A stretch of DNA of 64,000 bases, taken from NCBI GenBank assembly GCA_048772705.1, contig JBLWGC010000126.1:84490-148489 (forward strand). The letters are read 5' to 3'. The notes beneath the pieces were generated by a model, which searched no databases, was not told the origin of the DNA, and saw only the letters and a program-made list of their open reading frames with translations. This document shows, in pieces, positions 35,111 to 46,600 of the stretch; positions within the stretch are counted from its first letter, which is position 1; every line of letters starts with the position of its first letter. The stretch comes from Leidyana gryllorum EB-2025a (lineage: Eukaryota > Protista > Apicomplexa). The translations under genes were made by a program, and so were the position numbers.

Positions 35111-35833
35111 TCACTCCTCCCCCATATCTGCTCCGTCCATGAAGGCATCTTCCGCATCCTCGGCAGCATAATGATCAACGCCGTAATCATCGCCACCGAA
35201 GTCCTCTTCCTCTTCAGGCACGTCTTCTTCCTCTGCGTATCAACATTCACGCTGCGATCACGCTCCTTTCAGAACACTCACCCCCAATGTCATTATCTTC
35301 AGTGTCGCCACCAATACCCCCTTGCTTCTCTCTCTTCTCCAGATCAGCCCAATTGAAAGCTTTTTTGGAACCACCCAGCCCTTGACGAGCCCTTGGTCGG
35401 AAAGTGCGAGCCAATAGTTCACTAGGAAAGTATTCAGGTCCTGACAGAAACACCGCCGTAGAAAAGTGCGCTCCAGTCCCAGTCTTACCTATGGCATCCA
35501 CAATTGTTCGCTTCTGTACATTAGGATCGCGAACATCAGCTTCAAATTGATCGTAGTACGTTTCCATGATCCTTTCAGACGGTGCGTCATGGATAAAGAA
35601 CTCAGACTCATTCCAATGGCGCCGCAGATAGCGGCTGTACACGATCAGCTTGCGGTCCTCATCAGTTAACTCGGGCTTGACTTCACAATTTGGATTGTAG
35701 ATAAAGGTGTCAATGGGACGGAGTGGTTGTCCTGCTCAGACGTCAGTCCAAGTCCCAACAACACGAACTTACTCTCAGTACTGAAACCACCCCCGAAACC
35801 GCCGCGACCACGCCCTCTGCCACGGCCCCGCAT
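35111..35833 (-). CDS. RPC31: RNA polymerase III subunit RPC7/Rpc31-like
   Basis: MRGRGRGRGRGG N-terminus, ETYYDQF, YFPSEL, LEKRE, and an acidic tail with DYGVDHY. Confidence 0.72.
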
Positions 35834-35847
35834 TAGCTCAAAAAAGA

Positions 35848-35860
35848 GTGTGCACACGAT
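35848..35860. promoter_or_regulatory. GTGTGCACACGAT motif in 35-bp divergent spacer
   Basis: Contains a 10-bp palindrome; identical 13-mer at 40770-40782. Confidence 0.45.
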
Positions 35861-35868
35861 TTTTGCCG

Positions 35869-36453
35869 ATGCTGCGATGGAGCCTCGGCGTGCTCAGTAT
35901 TACTGCCAAATCAATACCAACCGACTTCCAATCCCTGATAGATCTTGGACACAAAGAACTTGATCGAATAACCACACATCACAATGCCTTCGTGGTATGT
36001 GTGTGCTGAGAGCGTGCAGCACATGATAAGTGCAGAAAGCGTTACATGAGACTTTGCGCGATGTTCCTGAGAACGATGAGCTCTTGAAGGCGCTACCCGC
36101 TCGTTTTTCGCAGCTCAAATGGGGATCAGTAGATCAAATGCTAATGAACCAGGCGCTCTACGACACCGAAGCATTACGAACCCCACCAGGTAGGAGCGTA
36201 CATGCTTAGTTTGTGTTGGAAACTCTCATTACTCGTAGAAATGAATGTGGTAAGTACGGCCAGATTTCCTTTTTCGGCCACCCATGGTCGTTAGGAGGTT
36301 GTGAGCGACATTGACCGATGGCTCCATGACAGCCACTCATCCGACGCGCTGGAGCCGTTGTGGCCAGGTGCGGAAGCCACTGTACTCCATCCCGATGTTC
36401 CGGTTTTCGATCAAGAACTCGAAGACATTCTAGTAAGTGTTCTTAGTCGATAA
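35869..36453 (+). CDS. Hypothetical protein, 4 exons including an 11-nt micro-exon
   Basis: MLRWSLG...AFV | KALHETL...TPP | EMNV | EVVSDID...SR*, with canonical GT-AG introns and matching phases; not present in the ORF track. Confidence 0.55.
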
Positions 36454-36662
36454 GTGAAAAGGCGAGCCTCAGAATCGTATCGAAACCATCGAACGTTTAG
36501 CGAAAGGGAAATGAAAAAGAGACACGGAAAGCCCCAATCATGTCCCAGATGGTCTGTGCTATTTCTAACGCACCTCGATATTAGGTGCAACACCTGTTCA
36601 AGTAGTTAGTTCTCTTAGTGTGCTAAGTGCACACCTTTTAGCCCCTGTTGGTCTCTTAATAC

Positions 36663-37275
36663 ATGCCCACAACAATGAAGGCTGGTGACACCTCTGCTGA
36701 CGTAAGGTCGCTATCATGTTCATTCAAGCTCTCTCAGGCCCCTAACTGTGCCCCCACACTGTGCGCAGCTGGTTGCGGGTTCTACGGATCCGCATCCACC
36801 CGGAATCTATGTTCCAAATGTTACAAAGAGCAGGTGTCTCGTGGTAAGGCCAATTTGATCACTTGCGACACTCTCCGCAGAGAAGCAGTCCGATGTAATC
36901 GCCCCTGAAGTTCCGCCAGTAACTCCCCTGCCGAACTCAGCTGAACCTGCTCCAAAGCTTGAGCAAGTCGCTGCAGCCAAAGAGGAGCTTCAAAGAAAAT
37001 CGGAACCTGCCTCCGAGGTGGGAAAGCAGGTGAGTCGCTTGGGAGAAGCACTTTTTGACTACTGAGGACAGGAGGAGCGCGTCCCAGGTCGTTGCTGCGC
37101 TTGCAATAGAAGAATTGGATTGTTGGGCTTCCCTTGTCGCTGTGGCCGCAGCTTCTGCGCACAGCATCGATATCCCGATTCCCACAATTGTGATTTTGAC
37201 TTTGGCACGTACGAGAGAGGTCGTTTGGCCAGGTCAAATCCGAAATTAGTGGCGGAAAAGCTGGAGAGGATATGA
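36663..37275 (+). CDS. A20/AN1 zinc finger protein, multi-exon
   Basis: A20 finger [23 protein letters not shown]; AN1 finger [36 protein letters not shown]...[12 protein letters not shown]. Confidence 0.92.
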
Positions 37276-37380
37276 TCGAGAATTAGCTAGGTTACCCCGA
37301 TTTGCAACTGTATTGGGTTTCATGCGCACACACGTGTGCTCCAATGGAGACAGTCAGAATTGGAATGTCACGATTGTCGG

Positions 37381-38371
37381 ATGGGAGTAGAAGCAATAGA
37401 CGCTCAGCAAGCTGTTAGATCCGTGGGCCTGGTCTATGTAGCCCATGTCTTCGGATGGATATATTTCCTGGCCTGGACCTTGTCTTTCTATCCCCAGATA
37501 ATCGTTAACTTCAAGAATCGGAGTACCGAAGGCTTATCATATGACTTTGCGACGTACAACTTGATCGGCTTTTTCTCATACTGCGTGTATGCGATCGTCC
37601 GATTCGTTACACAGCAGCGCTACGACTTGCCGCGAGCCGTAGAGATTCAAGACCTTTGCTTCGCCCTCCACGCCTTCGCTCTGTGCATACTGTTGGCTAT
37701 CCAGATCGCATCGTACGATCGACACGCAAAGCACCGCTTCTCTCAGATATGTGTAGTGTCGACCTCTTTATGTGTCCTCCTTTACGTACTTCATGCCCTT
37801 CTGGTTATCTTCGGGTTTCAGATGATCACAGCTCATCCTGGAGATTCCAGAGGTAGGCAACTCTTCAACTGGATAGTAAATGTTTCAATGATGCAATCAC
37901 AGCTCATTATGCTTTCTCCTGGTGGACCCTGACGGAATTTGCTGCAACTGTAAAGATAGTTGTAACACTGGTCAAGTATTTTCCCCAGATTCATCTCAAC
38001 TATCTGCGTAAAATGACGAGGGGAATGGCGGTCTGGCAGTTCAACTTGGATGCTGTCGGAGGGGTGCTCTCATTGGCTCAAAACGGCATCGAAGCTATCA
38101 ACTACCGTGACATCACCTTCATCACAGGTGATCATCCATGAAATATGTCCTCAAATTTCTGCACGCAGGTAATTACCCCAAGGTCTTTATCGGACTGATT
38201 GGGCTGACATACGACGCGATAATACTGCTTCAACATTACGTAATCTATCGTGCGAACAATCGGGGTGCTCAGACACTAGCTGCAGTTTCGCGGAAAGACA
38301 CCACCACTCAGCATTCGATGCCCTCATTTGAGCTTACTTTTAATCCAACGGATCTCGAGACATCCGATTAG
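37381..38371 (+). CDS. CTNS: Cystinosin-like PQ-loop transporter, 3 exons
   Basis: GWIYFLAWTLSFYPQ..NFKNRSTEGLSYDF..YNLIGF; second PQ loop LVKYFPQIHLNY; QHYVIY. Confidence 0.88.
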
Positions 38372-38399
38372 ATGAGGAATGTCAATTAGATGACGGGTT

Positions 38400-40757
38400 T
38401 TAGCGATCGGTCTTGGATGTTGAAGGTGATGGAAACATTGTCCAGGTACGTGGCGAGGTTCTGCCGCGGCTCAAAGGAGCACGATAACTCGAAACCTCCC
38501 GACGCATACGGAAAAGATGATCCACTACACCATCTATTGTGCGTAAATGGCTCATCCGAATGTCTTCCACGGCTGCGATGTCATCTCCCGGTGGTCGAAG
38601 GTCGGTGCCGCTTGCAACAGCTGTTTGACAACCATGGTCGAAAGGCCTCAGACTGAACGAAGGGTTTTGAGCGAATTTCTGCTTGGTGACCTCCATCAGA
38701 AGCTTCGGACTATACTCGAGTTCAGCAAACTCCGCTGTACTGCAGCACAGGTGGTCAATCTGCACAAACACTGATGTGTGGCTCACTTTGCTATTTCTGT
38801 GCCGTATATACACATGAACTCCAAACACTTTTGCTTCAAGAAATGACTGTTAAACTTATCCGCTTGTCTTAATAAGGCGCACACATTCAACGCTGTGATT
38901 ATTGCGATCAAGTAATGTTCACAAGTCTCTTTGAGGCCGTCGATTGAGAATGCATCAGCCGCGGCCAGCACTTCCAGCATTGATCCATACTCTTCAGGCG
39001 TAATCGATGGCGGATTGATTGTGCCTGAGTACAAGAACTCCAGCACAAGAGTAAAGACAGGAGCCGACCATTCGGGCATCGAAATCTGTCAAGAACAATA
39101 CGTCTGAGGTGTATTGTTGGCACCTACCTCACTCATCTCGCTCTCTTTGAATGACGAGAACATCCGCTGAAAGTACTTGGACTGTGCCGATAAGATGCAT
39201 CTATGGGCGTGTATTTTCTGCCCTCCTGCCACAGTGCTGAAGCGTAAAAGGCACCATTTATTGGAACAAGGTCAGTTAAAACTCACAATACAACATCTGA
39301 ATGATTTTTCTCCCCAACTAGTCGCTTCATTCGCCTCGCGAAGTCGCGATACTAAATTCATTGATCCAGCACACCGCACTTGCAGCCTTACCGTTCCGTG
39401 ACGATGATCCATGACTGCTGGACATTTGCGAAGATCGATCACCCAGCAGTCATTGTACCATACGCTGCCATCGAAACCCCCGACGATAAAGACATACCAC
39501 GGAGGAATCAAAGTGGCTCCGTGACGTTGTCTGCCCTCGGAAATTCCAGTGATCTCTGTGAACCTAAGCACAAGAACGTCGTAAATGATTGCAGCACGAT
39601 CGAGAACATACCGGCTCCACTTGCATCGAACAGTGTCGAACAAGAATACCGTATTGCTCCGTTTCTTGTCGCCACTGGCCCCTCCGAACACAATCAGATG
39701 GTCTTCGACCAGATGAGTGCTGTGACCTCGGACGATGGGCGGATTCACTCCCACAGTGTTAATCGCTTCCCAAGTACAGGACTTGGTATCAAAGCACATG
39801 AAGTCTGGCTGCGAGGAGGTGTTGAAGCCACCTAAAAGATAAAGGTAGTCGCCGACGACTGTCATGGTGTGAGCATTGCGAGCCTGCCAAAAGCCCTATG
39901 CATGGAAATCAGCAATGGCTGGTCCGCTTACGATGGGCTTCGGTCCTCGACACTTGGGTTGACTCCATTCATTGGTTTCCAGATCAAAGACATTCATGTC
40001 ATTTGTTGCCATCTTCCCGTCGAAGCCTCCGAACATATACAGACGATTGCCAACACAGGAGAGAGTATGGCATGCTCGAGGACCTGGGACCTGATAAGCG
40101 CGAGTATAGCCACCTCCCCTCGCGTCCTGCCTACCTGTCCTACAGCACCCGGTCGAGTCCAGGTCAAGTTGAGTGATGACGGGTCAGTGGTGCTGGACAG
40201 AATGAGAGGGCTAAGGTCGATATAGTATAAATCATTCAGCCAAGTTGCGCCGGTATGTCCACCATGGATATAGAGACGATGGCACCAAACGGCGGACGCG
40301 TGCTGATGCCCAAAATCAGTGGGTGAAAAAGCGATTGACGTCAGTCACGTACGTTGTTGCGACCAGTTGGAGTATTCAGAGTCTTGACCTCCATCCATGT
40401 GTTTCCACGCAAATCTAGAACATATAGTTCATTGAAAGCCTCCACGCCGTTCCATCCGCCAAACACCACAACGTGATGGCTTCCGATGAAGTCACATGTA
40501 TGCGCGGCCCGTTCACTGAAAGGGTTCTGGACTTGCAGGAGACGTCCTGTATCATTCGGTGGAGCAGCATTTTCTCTATCCTGAGCCTCCCAGATGAAAG
40601 TACTCTCCTCAAAGGATCGGAGTTTCGGAGCGCCGGTAAGCACGTCCGACCTCCCAGTCGGGCTTTGAAAAGAGGCCGTATCCTCATCTCCAACCTCTGG
40701 CCCATTTGGGCGTCCTAAGATATGCGAACTCACAGGTAGATCCTCCCTGTTTTCCAT
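38400..40757 (-). CDS. Kelch-repeat + C-terminal BTB/POZ protein (LZTR1-like architecture), multi-exon
   Basis: Multiple GG...W kelch repeats (VFGGWNG, LLGGFN, VFGG, IVGGFDG); BTB with AHRCIL..SKYF..MFSS and FLYSG...AADAFSIDGLKETCE. Confidence 0.85.
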
Positions 40758-40769
40758 GGTGTTGAATGT

Positions 40770-40782
40770 GTGTGCACACGAT
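40770..40782. promoter_or_regulatory. GTGTGCACACGAT motif in divergent spacer upstream of Kelch-BTB
   Basis: Identical to 35848-35860; lies 12 nt from the minus-strand ATG. Confidence 0.45.
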
Positions 40783-40906
40783 CTGACTGCGACTTAGGCC
40801 GGCACGGTGCATAGTGAGGTAGCATCGTCAACATGAAATAGGCAGACTTGTCGAAATAGCCCAGGGGGAAGGTTGTTGGTGCAAAATTCGCAATAAGTGA
40901 TGCATT

Positions 40907-41116
40907 ATGTCTGAGCAACAGTCAAGTGGGGTCGAAAGAGCGGGCGAGGGAACTGAGGCGTTGCAGAATCAATTACAAGGTGAGCTCGTCAATGACAGTC
41001 ACGAGGCTGCCTCAGCCATACAACGGCGCGTAACGCAACTGCGGGGCGAAGTTGAGGCATTGGAGTGTGAGAACGCCGATCTGGAAGTTCAGCTAGCCAA
41101 CATTCACGTTGCCTAA
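40907..41116 (+). CDS. Small coiled-coil hypothetical protein (69 aa)
   Basis: Heptad pattern IQRRVTQLRGEVEALECENADLEVQL. Confidence 0.45.
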   Translation: MSEQQSSGVERAGEGTEALQNQLQGELVNDSHEAASAIQRRVTQLRGEVEALECENADLEVQLANIHVA

Positions 41117-41130
41117 AATTCGTTTGGAGG

Positions 41131-42690
41131 ATGGTTTCCGTGGTAAGGCTGAGTTGAATTCCGTTCAGCAGACTTGGCAGATAGCAACGCAGGGGTGCGT
41201 TCACGGAGACCTCGACCGATGCTACGAGGCCGTGAAAACACACGCAGAAGAGACTGGGGACGAAATCAAGTTGGTGGTGTGGAGTGGGGATGTACAGGTG
41301 AGGATATGACGGCTTGCTATCCTTATGATGTTTGACAGTCTGCCCGGAATGCGCAGGATTTGGAGAGCTTGGCTTGTCCTCCTAAGTATCGTCAACTAAA
41401 AGACTTCCACGAGTACTACGAAGGTACCAAAACTGCCCCATATCTGACTGTCTTTACCGGAGGCAATCACGAGGCGTCCTCGTACATAGACCGTTTGTAA
41501 GGCTTGAAAAGTCAGTACGAGTGGACTTGGTGTAATCGCAGATACTTCGGTGGTTGGGTTGCACCTAATATCTTCTATATGGGTCGAAGCATTGTGATAT
41601 GGATTGATGGCTGGCGACTGGCTGGTTTCTCCGGAATCTACAAAGGCTACGATTATCGCAGAGGATATTTCGAGTTGCCGCCGTATGATGAGGGTAGTAT
41701 TCGTAGCGTTTACCATTTCCGGGAGTACGAGTTGAACAAGTTACGAGGCGTCAGCGAGCCCGTGGATATGGTCTTAAGTCACGAGTGGCCGTCCAATGTG
41801 ATTCAGAACCAACGTGACAAGGCTGCCCTCATCCGGAAGAAGCCGTTTTTCAAAGAAGAAGTCAACAATGGCACGCTGGGCAACGATCCTTCCCAGCGTC
41901 TACTAGAGCAGATGCAACCGTAAGTTTTAATAGTGGAGTGTATTCCGACCACATTTCCGTTACTCTCGGCAGACGACTGTGGGTTGCAGCGCACTTACAT
42001 GTGAACTTTCGGTGCGAGTTCACGCACTCGATGACGAACGTGACGACACGGTGAGGAGCGATATATCAATGATGTTCGACTCGGATATTCTGCAGCTTCC
42101 TAGCGCACGATAAGCCGAAAGGCCGCGTATCCACTTCGTTCATTGACATGAAAAGTGGCGATATCAACTATCTGGGAAACAAGGGGGGTACAGAGGAAGG
42201 AGACAAGAAGAGAGCTCGAGTGGAGCAGACCGGTGAGACAACGCCGCCGACTATGCCTGAGGTCGACCTCGAATGGTTGGTGATCTTGAAACGCGCTCAC
42301 GAGTCGGCTCCGATTGGTGAGGACCGACAAGATCAGATGTTTTGTCGTTGTGGACGGCACTCGGACCCCAGTTGCTTGGAGATGTGTCGGCCATCATGGG
42401 GAGTCGTGGTGGATATGGCAGACAATGTCGACCGCATCATGTCAACAACATGGAAAAATGAACTCGAAGCGTTGAAAGGAAACGCTGCTGATCAAACATT
42501 GGTACCGGAAGAGGTTGAGTTGAGGAAATGGCGTTTCCGGCTGCCAGATTGGACCATTCTCAAGCCTGAAGCCCCCGAGGAGCAGACCAGATGGTGGTTG
42601 AGATTGTTGGGAGAAGACGATGACACATCCATAGAGTGGCGGATAAGGGAAAAGATGACAGTGGCCAGCGGCAATCCACTGTTAGCATAG
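41131..42690 (+). CDS. DBR1: RNA lariat debranching enzyme, multi-exon
   Basis: GCVHG, GDVQ..RN..DL..LACPPKY, GGNHEAS, GGWVAPNIFYMG, SGIYK, RSVYH, SHEWP and AHLH motifs. Confidence 0.93.
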
Positions 42691-42709
42691 TTTGCCTGCT
42701 GTTGTTGTT

Positions 42710-45700
42710 TCAGTCGAGTTCGGAATGTGGGCTGATGTTCAAGCGAACGTCCCTAGGCGGAGAATGGAAACGTGGTGTCTGCCTCTGCAGTCGCGAAGAG
42801 AGTTCTGATGGGGGAAAGGGGAACGGGGGAGACGGCAAAGGGTCTTCACCGCCCAATGTGGACCATGGGTCGTTGTCAGGGCTGTCAAATTCCGTACCAT
42901 GCCCACTTGCTTTAACGAAAGCAGGAGCACGACTTCCAAACCGCCGTGAATGGATTCTACTCTCGATGATAGATGCCATTTTGGATGTCAATTGCTTCAA
43001 CGGTTGGGTGGGACTCATTGAATTTACTCCAGATGCTATTGTGGATATACCTGCTCGCCAGACTCACTCTGAGCACAAACACTGACCGTCAGTACTTACA
43101 CAGGGGTCTTAAGGCCGGATGCAGAGTCTCCAGGCTGTCTATGGGGACAATGTCCGCGATGGTGTCTGACTCGTCCACGAGGTTGTTGAGACACCGCTCC
43201 GTTAAGGGAACCAGACTGCTCCAGAAGCAGAGGCAGACGAGGGCAGTGAGCGCGATTAGCGCTAGTGATGTATAGTCAATGGCAGTCTGGATCGAAGTGC
43301 CGCCGCCACTACCACCAGTAGCCCACAAGGCTCCGACAAGGGTAATCAAGGCGGCCCCCATTACTCGCCCAAGTGTACCTATCACTCCAATATAGCCACC
43401 ACTGTGTCAGAGAGATCTCTCACCGAACTCAGTTGATAGGAAACCCGAATTCCACAGTCCTTTTGACAGCGCCTTGGGCATCAGTTTAGACAGTAGACTC
43501 ATATTTATGGACTCCAAGGCTTGAGCGGCTATAAATAGAACAAATGCACCAGCGATATATCGGTTGGCTGTCAAGGTCCCGACATATGGAGTGACATTCT
43601 CCAATGTGAGAGCGCAACCAACCGCCAGGAATGTCATGGCGGTAATCTGCCCCCATCGATCTGGAACTGCATCACCCATCCAGCCTATGAGTATATTGGA
43701 CGGCAGAACAATGAGGCCGATAACGGCGAGAAGCAATCCAACTCGAGAGTCACTCCAGCTGAACTTCTCGGCGGTAACCAGTGGAGCGGCGGTTTGGAAG
43801 GCTTCTTGCACGAACTTGAGGCAGAAATAGATCACCAAGCACACGTAGGCTCCGGTGGTGTCCATGAACTGAGGCCACCCACAATCGCAGGATGTTCACA
43901 AAATGAAAATCTCACCGATGCCCGAGCGCTCTTGTAGCTTCCCTTGCGGTCCTCGGTGCCACTTCTGGCGTTTCCATGTTGGTAGAAAGTCACTTCCGCT
44001 TGAGACCCTGAACAAGTGCACATTTGCGCTCCAAGGAAGACAGCTTACGAATGAAACTGTTCATCTCATACGCAGCGAGGGACTGGGGATGCTCAACGCT
44101 CTCATGCAGAAGTGGTTCCAGGAGGTCGGTGCGACGCGAAGCATACTTCCGCACGGGCTCCTCGAAGAAGAGCACCGTGGCCAGAGCAAAGATGACCCAA
44201 ACAGCAGCCATGATCAGGGGAGGGGCTGTGAGGTTGTTGAAGATCCAACCGGTGTATGGAAGCTGAAGGTGAAATGATGGGGTCTCTCTCATCAATACCA
44301 GTCTCGTACCGATATGTTGGGTAACTGATTAACAACCGGTTGCATTCCCGGCCCCAGACTCATCCCCAGCGAGCCAACGGTGACTGTGAAAGGTGAAGCA
44401 ACGCTCACCGACTCATCCCTTACCAAAAATCGCTGATTGGAAGGTTCTGTCCGACATTGGTACGAAATCAGAAATGTACCGACGATTCACTGCCCGATTG
44501 CCACCAATGCCGACGAGCAAACGACCTGTTGCACAGGAGAAATTGGATAAGAGGACATCGGAGGGACACGCGGAAGAGAACGAAAGGTGAAGGCAGGCGG
44601 CCGATCTGGCTGAGTGGGTTTGGATAGACTTACCCACGAACAGCATCCATGGAGCTTTGTGGTTCAGCGCCAAGCCATACATGAGGTTGCCCGAGATTAG
44701 AACAAGTGTACAGAAGACCAGGGGGGCAGTGAAGTTGCTATTGACGAGCGACGGGAGTAGAGAGATGGCAGACCAACACTCACTAATTTGACCAAACAGA
44801 ATAACCAACTGATGCAAAGAGGGAGGAGAATGGAGTCATTGCTAGCAGCAGACCAGATATGTTCGGACTGAGGCCCACAGCTTGCGCATACTCGGCAGCA
44901 GTGGGGATGACGAGGTAATAATTAGCCATGTACAGGAAGGTGTTGAAATTATTGAGGAATAGACCGGCTGCAGACGATTGCCCCACAGGTTGCGACTCGT
45001 AGTCGATCTCGGCCTCCGCCAGCAGTTTGTAATACCACTTGGTGCTCACTGCCGTTTGCCGCGCCACCAGATATAGATCCGCTACCATGGACTCTGTGTC
45101 GCGGCGGGCGTGCACAACTCGGCTGAAATCCGCGCTAATGATCCCGCGATCAATCCATACTGACTCCATGAACCGTAAAGTATCTAATCGCTGCCACAAG
45201 AACCTGTTCGAAACAACACCAATCAACCAACCTTTCGCAGTTCCGTGATAATATCTTTCGTCCCATGGTGGATACGCAGTTCACCAAAGGCGCTCGTCAG
45301 ATTATCTGGCCGAAGTCGGTCTTTCAACATCTTGCGGTGATCGAAGTCTTTTCCCGCAGCCATCTCGTCCCCTTTCAACAATAGTCGGCGCACGGCTTCG
45401 GCATTGAGTTCCATGAAAATCAACACATCTGTCAGGTTCTTCACCAGCTGTTTACAACCCATATCTGCTCCAACAATCTCAACAACAGAACATCGTGTAG
45501 GGATGCTCACAAATGCTCCGGAAAGTGGTCGGAGAGAGGAACTTCCAATTGGCCCGAATGGTTTCAAGGCCTCGTTTCACGTCAATGAGCTCGTTGTTGT
45601 AACATGTCGCGGCTCGTGATATCTCGAAGTCTAGACATTATTCGCCTCCTAACCATCTCATCCCAACAGCTTACCCAGTTGCCGCATAAAGTGGTCCACG

Positions 45701-45915
45701 CGACTCGATGGTGCTGTGACTCACTGATCGACCGTGTCACTTTGTGTCGGGTGCTTACTATCTTTATCACGAGCTATACTTCGAAGCAGATCCTTCAACC
45801 TGCAACCCAACCTCGGTACCAGCCTCACCGCTCCAACTCACCGAGCATACTCAATATAGAAGCCTTTCCACCGAGGCACCGCATGAGCCTCGAGCAGTTC
45901 CTCATACCTCACCAT
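42710..45915 (-). CDS. SPX-MFS phosphate transporter (VPT1/PHT5-like), multi-exon
   Basis: SPX N-terminus MVRYEELL...PRWKGFYIEY..LKDL and FMELNAEAVRRLL; MFS part NTFLYMANYYLVIPTAAEY, GRLLVGIG..RAVNRRYISD, and MSLLSK..WNSGFLSTE. Confidence 0.88.
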
Positions 45916-45939
45916 CAAACCGCAAAAAACAGCACGTCT

Positions 45940-46585
45940 ATGGCTAAGTTTGAGTTGTCAGGCCAAGGCGAATGGGAGAGTGGGGCGGCTTGTCACTTTC
46001 GATGTAGCCGGCAGCGCAGTATATGGTACGCACTGCGCAATCTCGCCGGGCGGTGCATACTGGGACTCTTTTCGGCGAGCCTGGTTCTCTGGGCCGTGAC
46101 TCATTGGCCTCGATCTGTTCCCTTGGCCTACATTTACCCCACCGGCCCCACCGGATTGAGCTTTGGCGCCATGACACACGTGTGCGTTCAACACATGGCC
46201 CAAGCCACGCTGCTGATCTCGCTTGTTTACGTTGTGGCGGCATTGGGTATGGGCAGCACGGTGCAGGTACGGCACCCCGACGTTGCACATAAATATGTAA
46301 GCATAGGAAGAAGGTGTTCTAGCTATTCGGTCTTTGGGAATACAAATAACGAGGAAATTCGAGTCGGGTCGCGAAGAATCGACGTTCCTGAGCACACACG
46401 CCATCGGAGATGTCCTCATCAATGAAGCGTACAGGAACTATTCTATCGTCAACTATCTTCTAATAACGGAGAAAGCTCCGAACGCGAAGATACATGTGCC
46501 ATTTCGGGTATCTAATCCCAGACTTCGCGAGCTTGAGCTCATGTGGCAATGTATTCGCCAAGTCATGTTTTGCGAGACGGACTAA
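45940..46585 (+). CDS. PIGH: GPI-GlcNAc transferase subunit H
   Basis: Two TM helices, then GIQITRKFESGREESTF...DVLINEAY...YLLI...PF..SNPRL. Confidence 0.8.
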
Positions 46586-46600
46586 AAACGGTCTGTGGTG

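Noticed and set aside
28903-35833. Functional cluster of Pol III genes (TFIIIC95 and RPC7)
   Set aside because: Separated by four unrelated genes; coincidence is sufficient.
38400-40757. Kelch13 orthologue
   Set aside because: Domain order is Kelch then BTB, the reverse of Kelch13.
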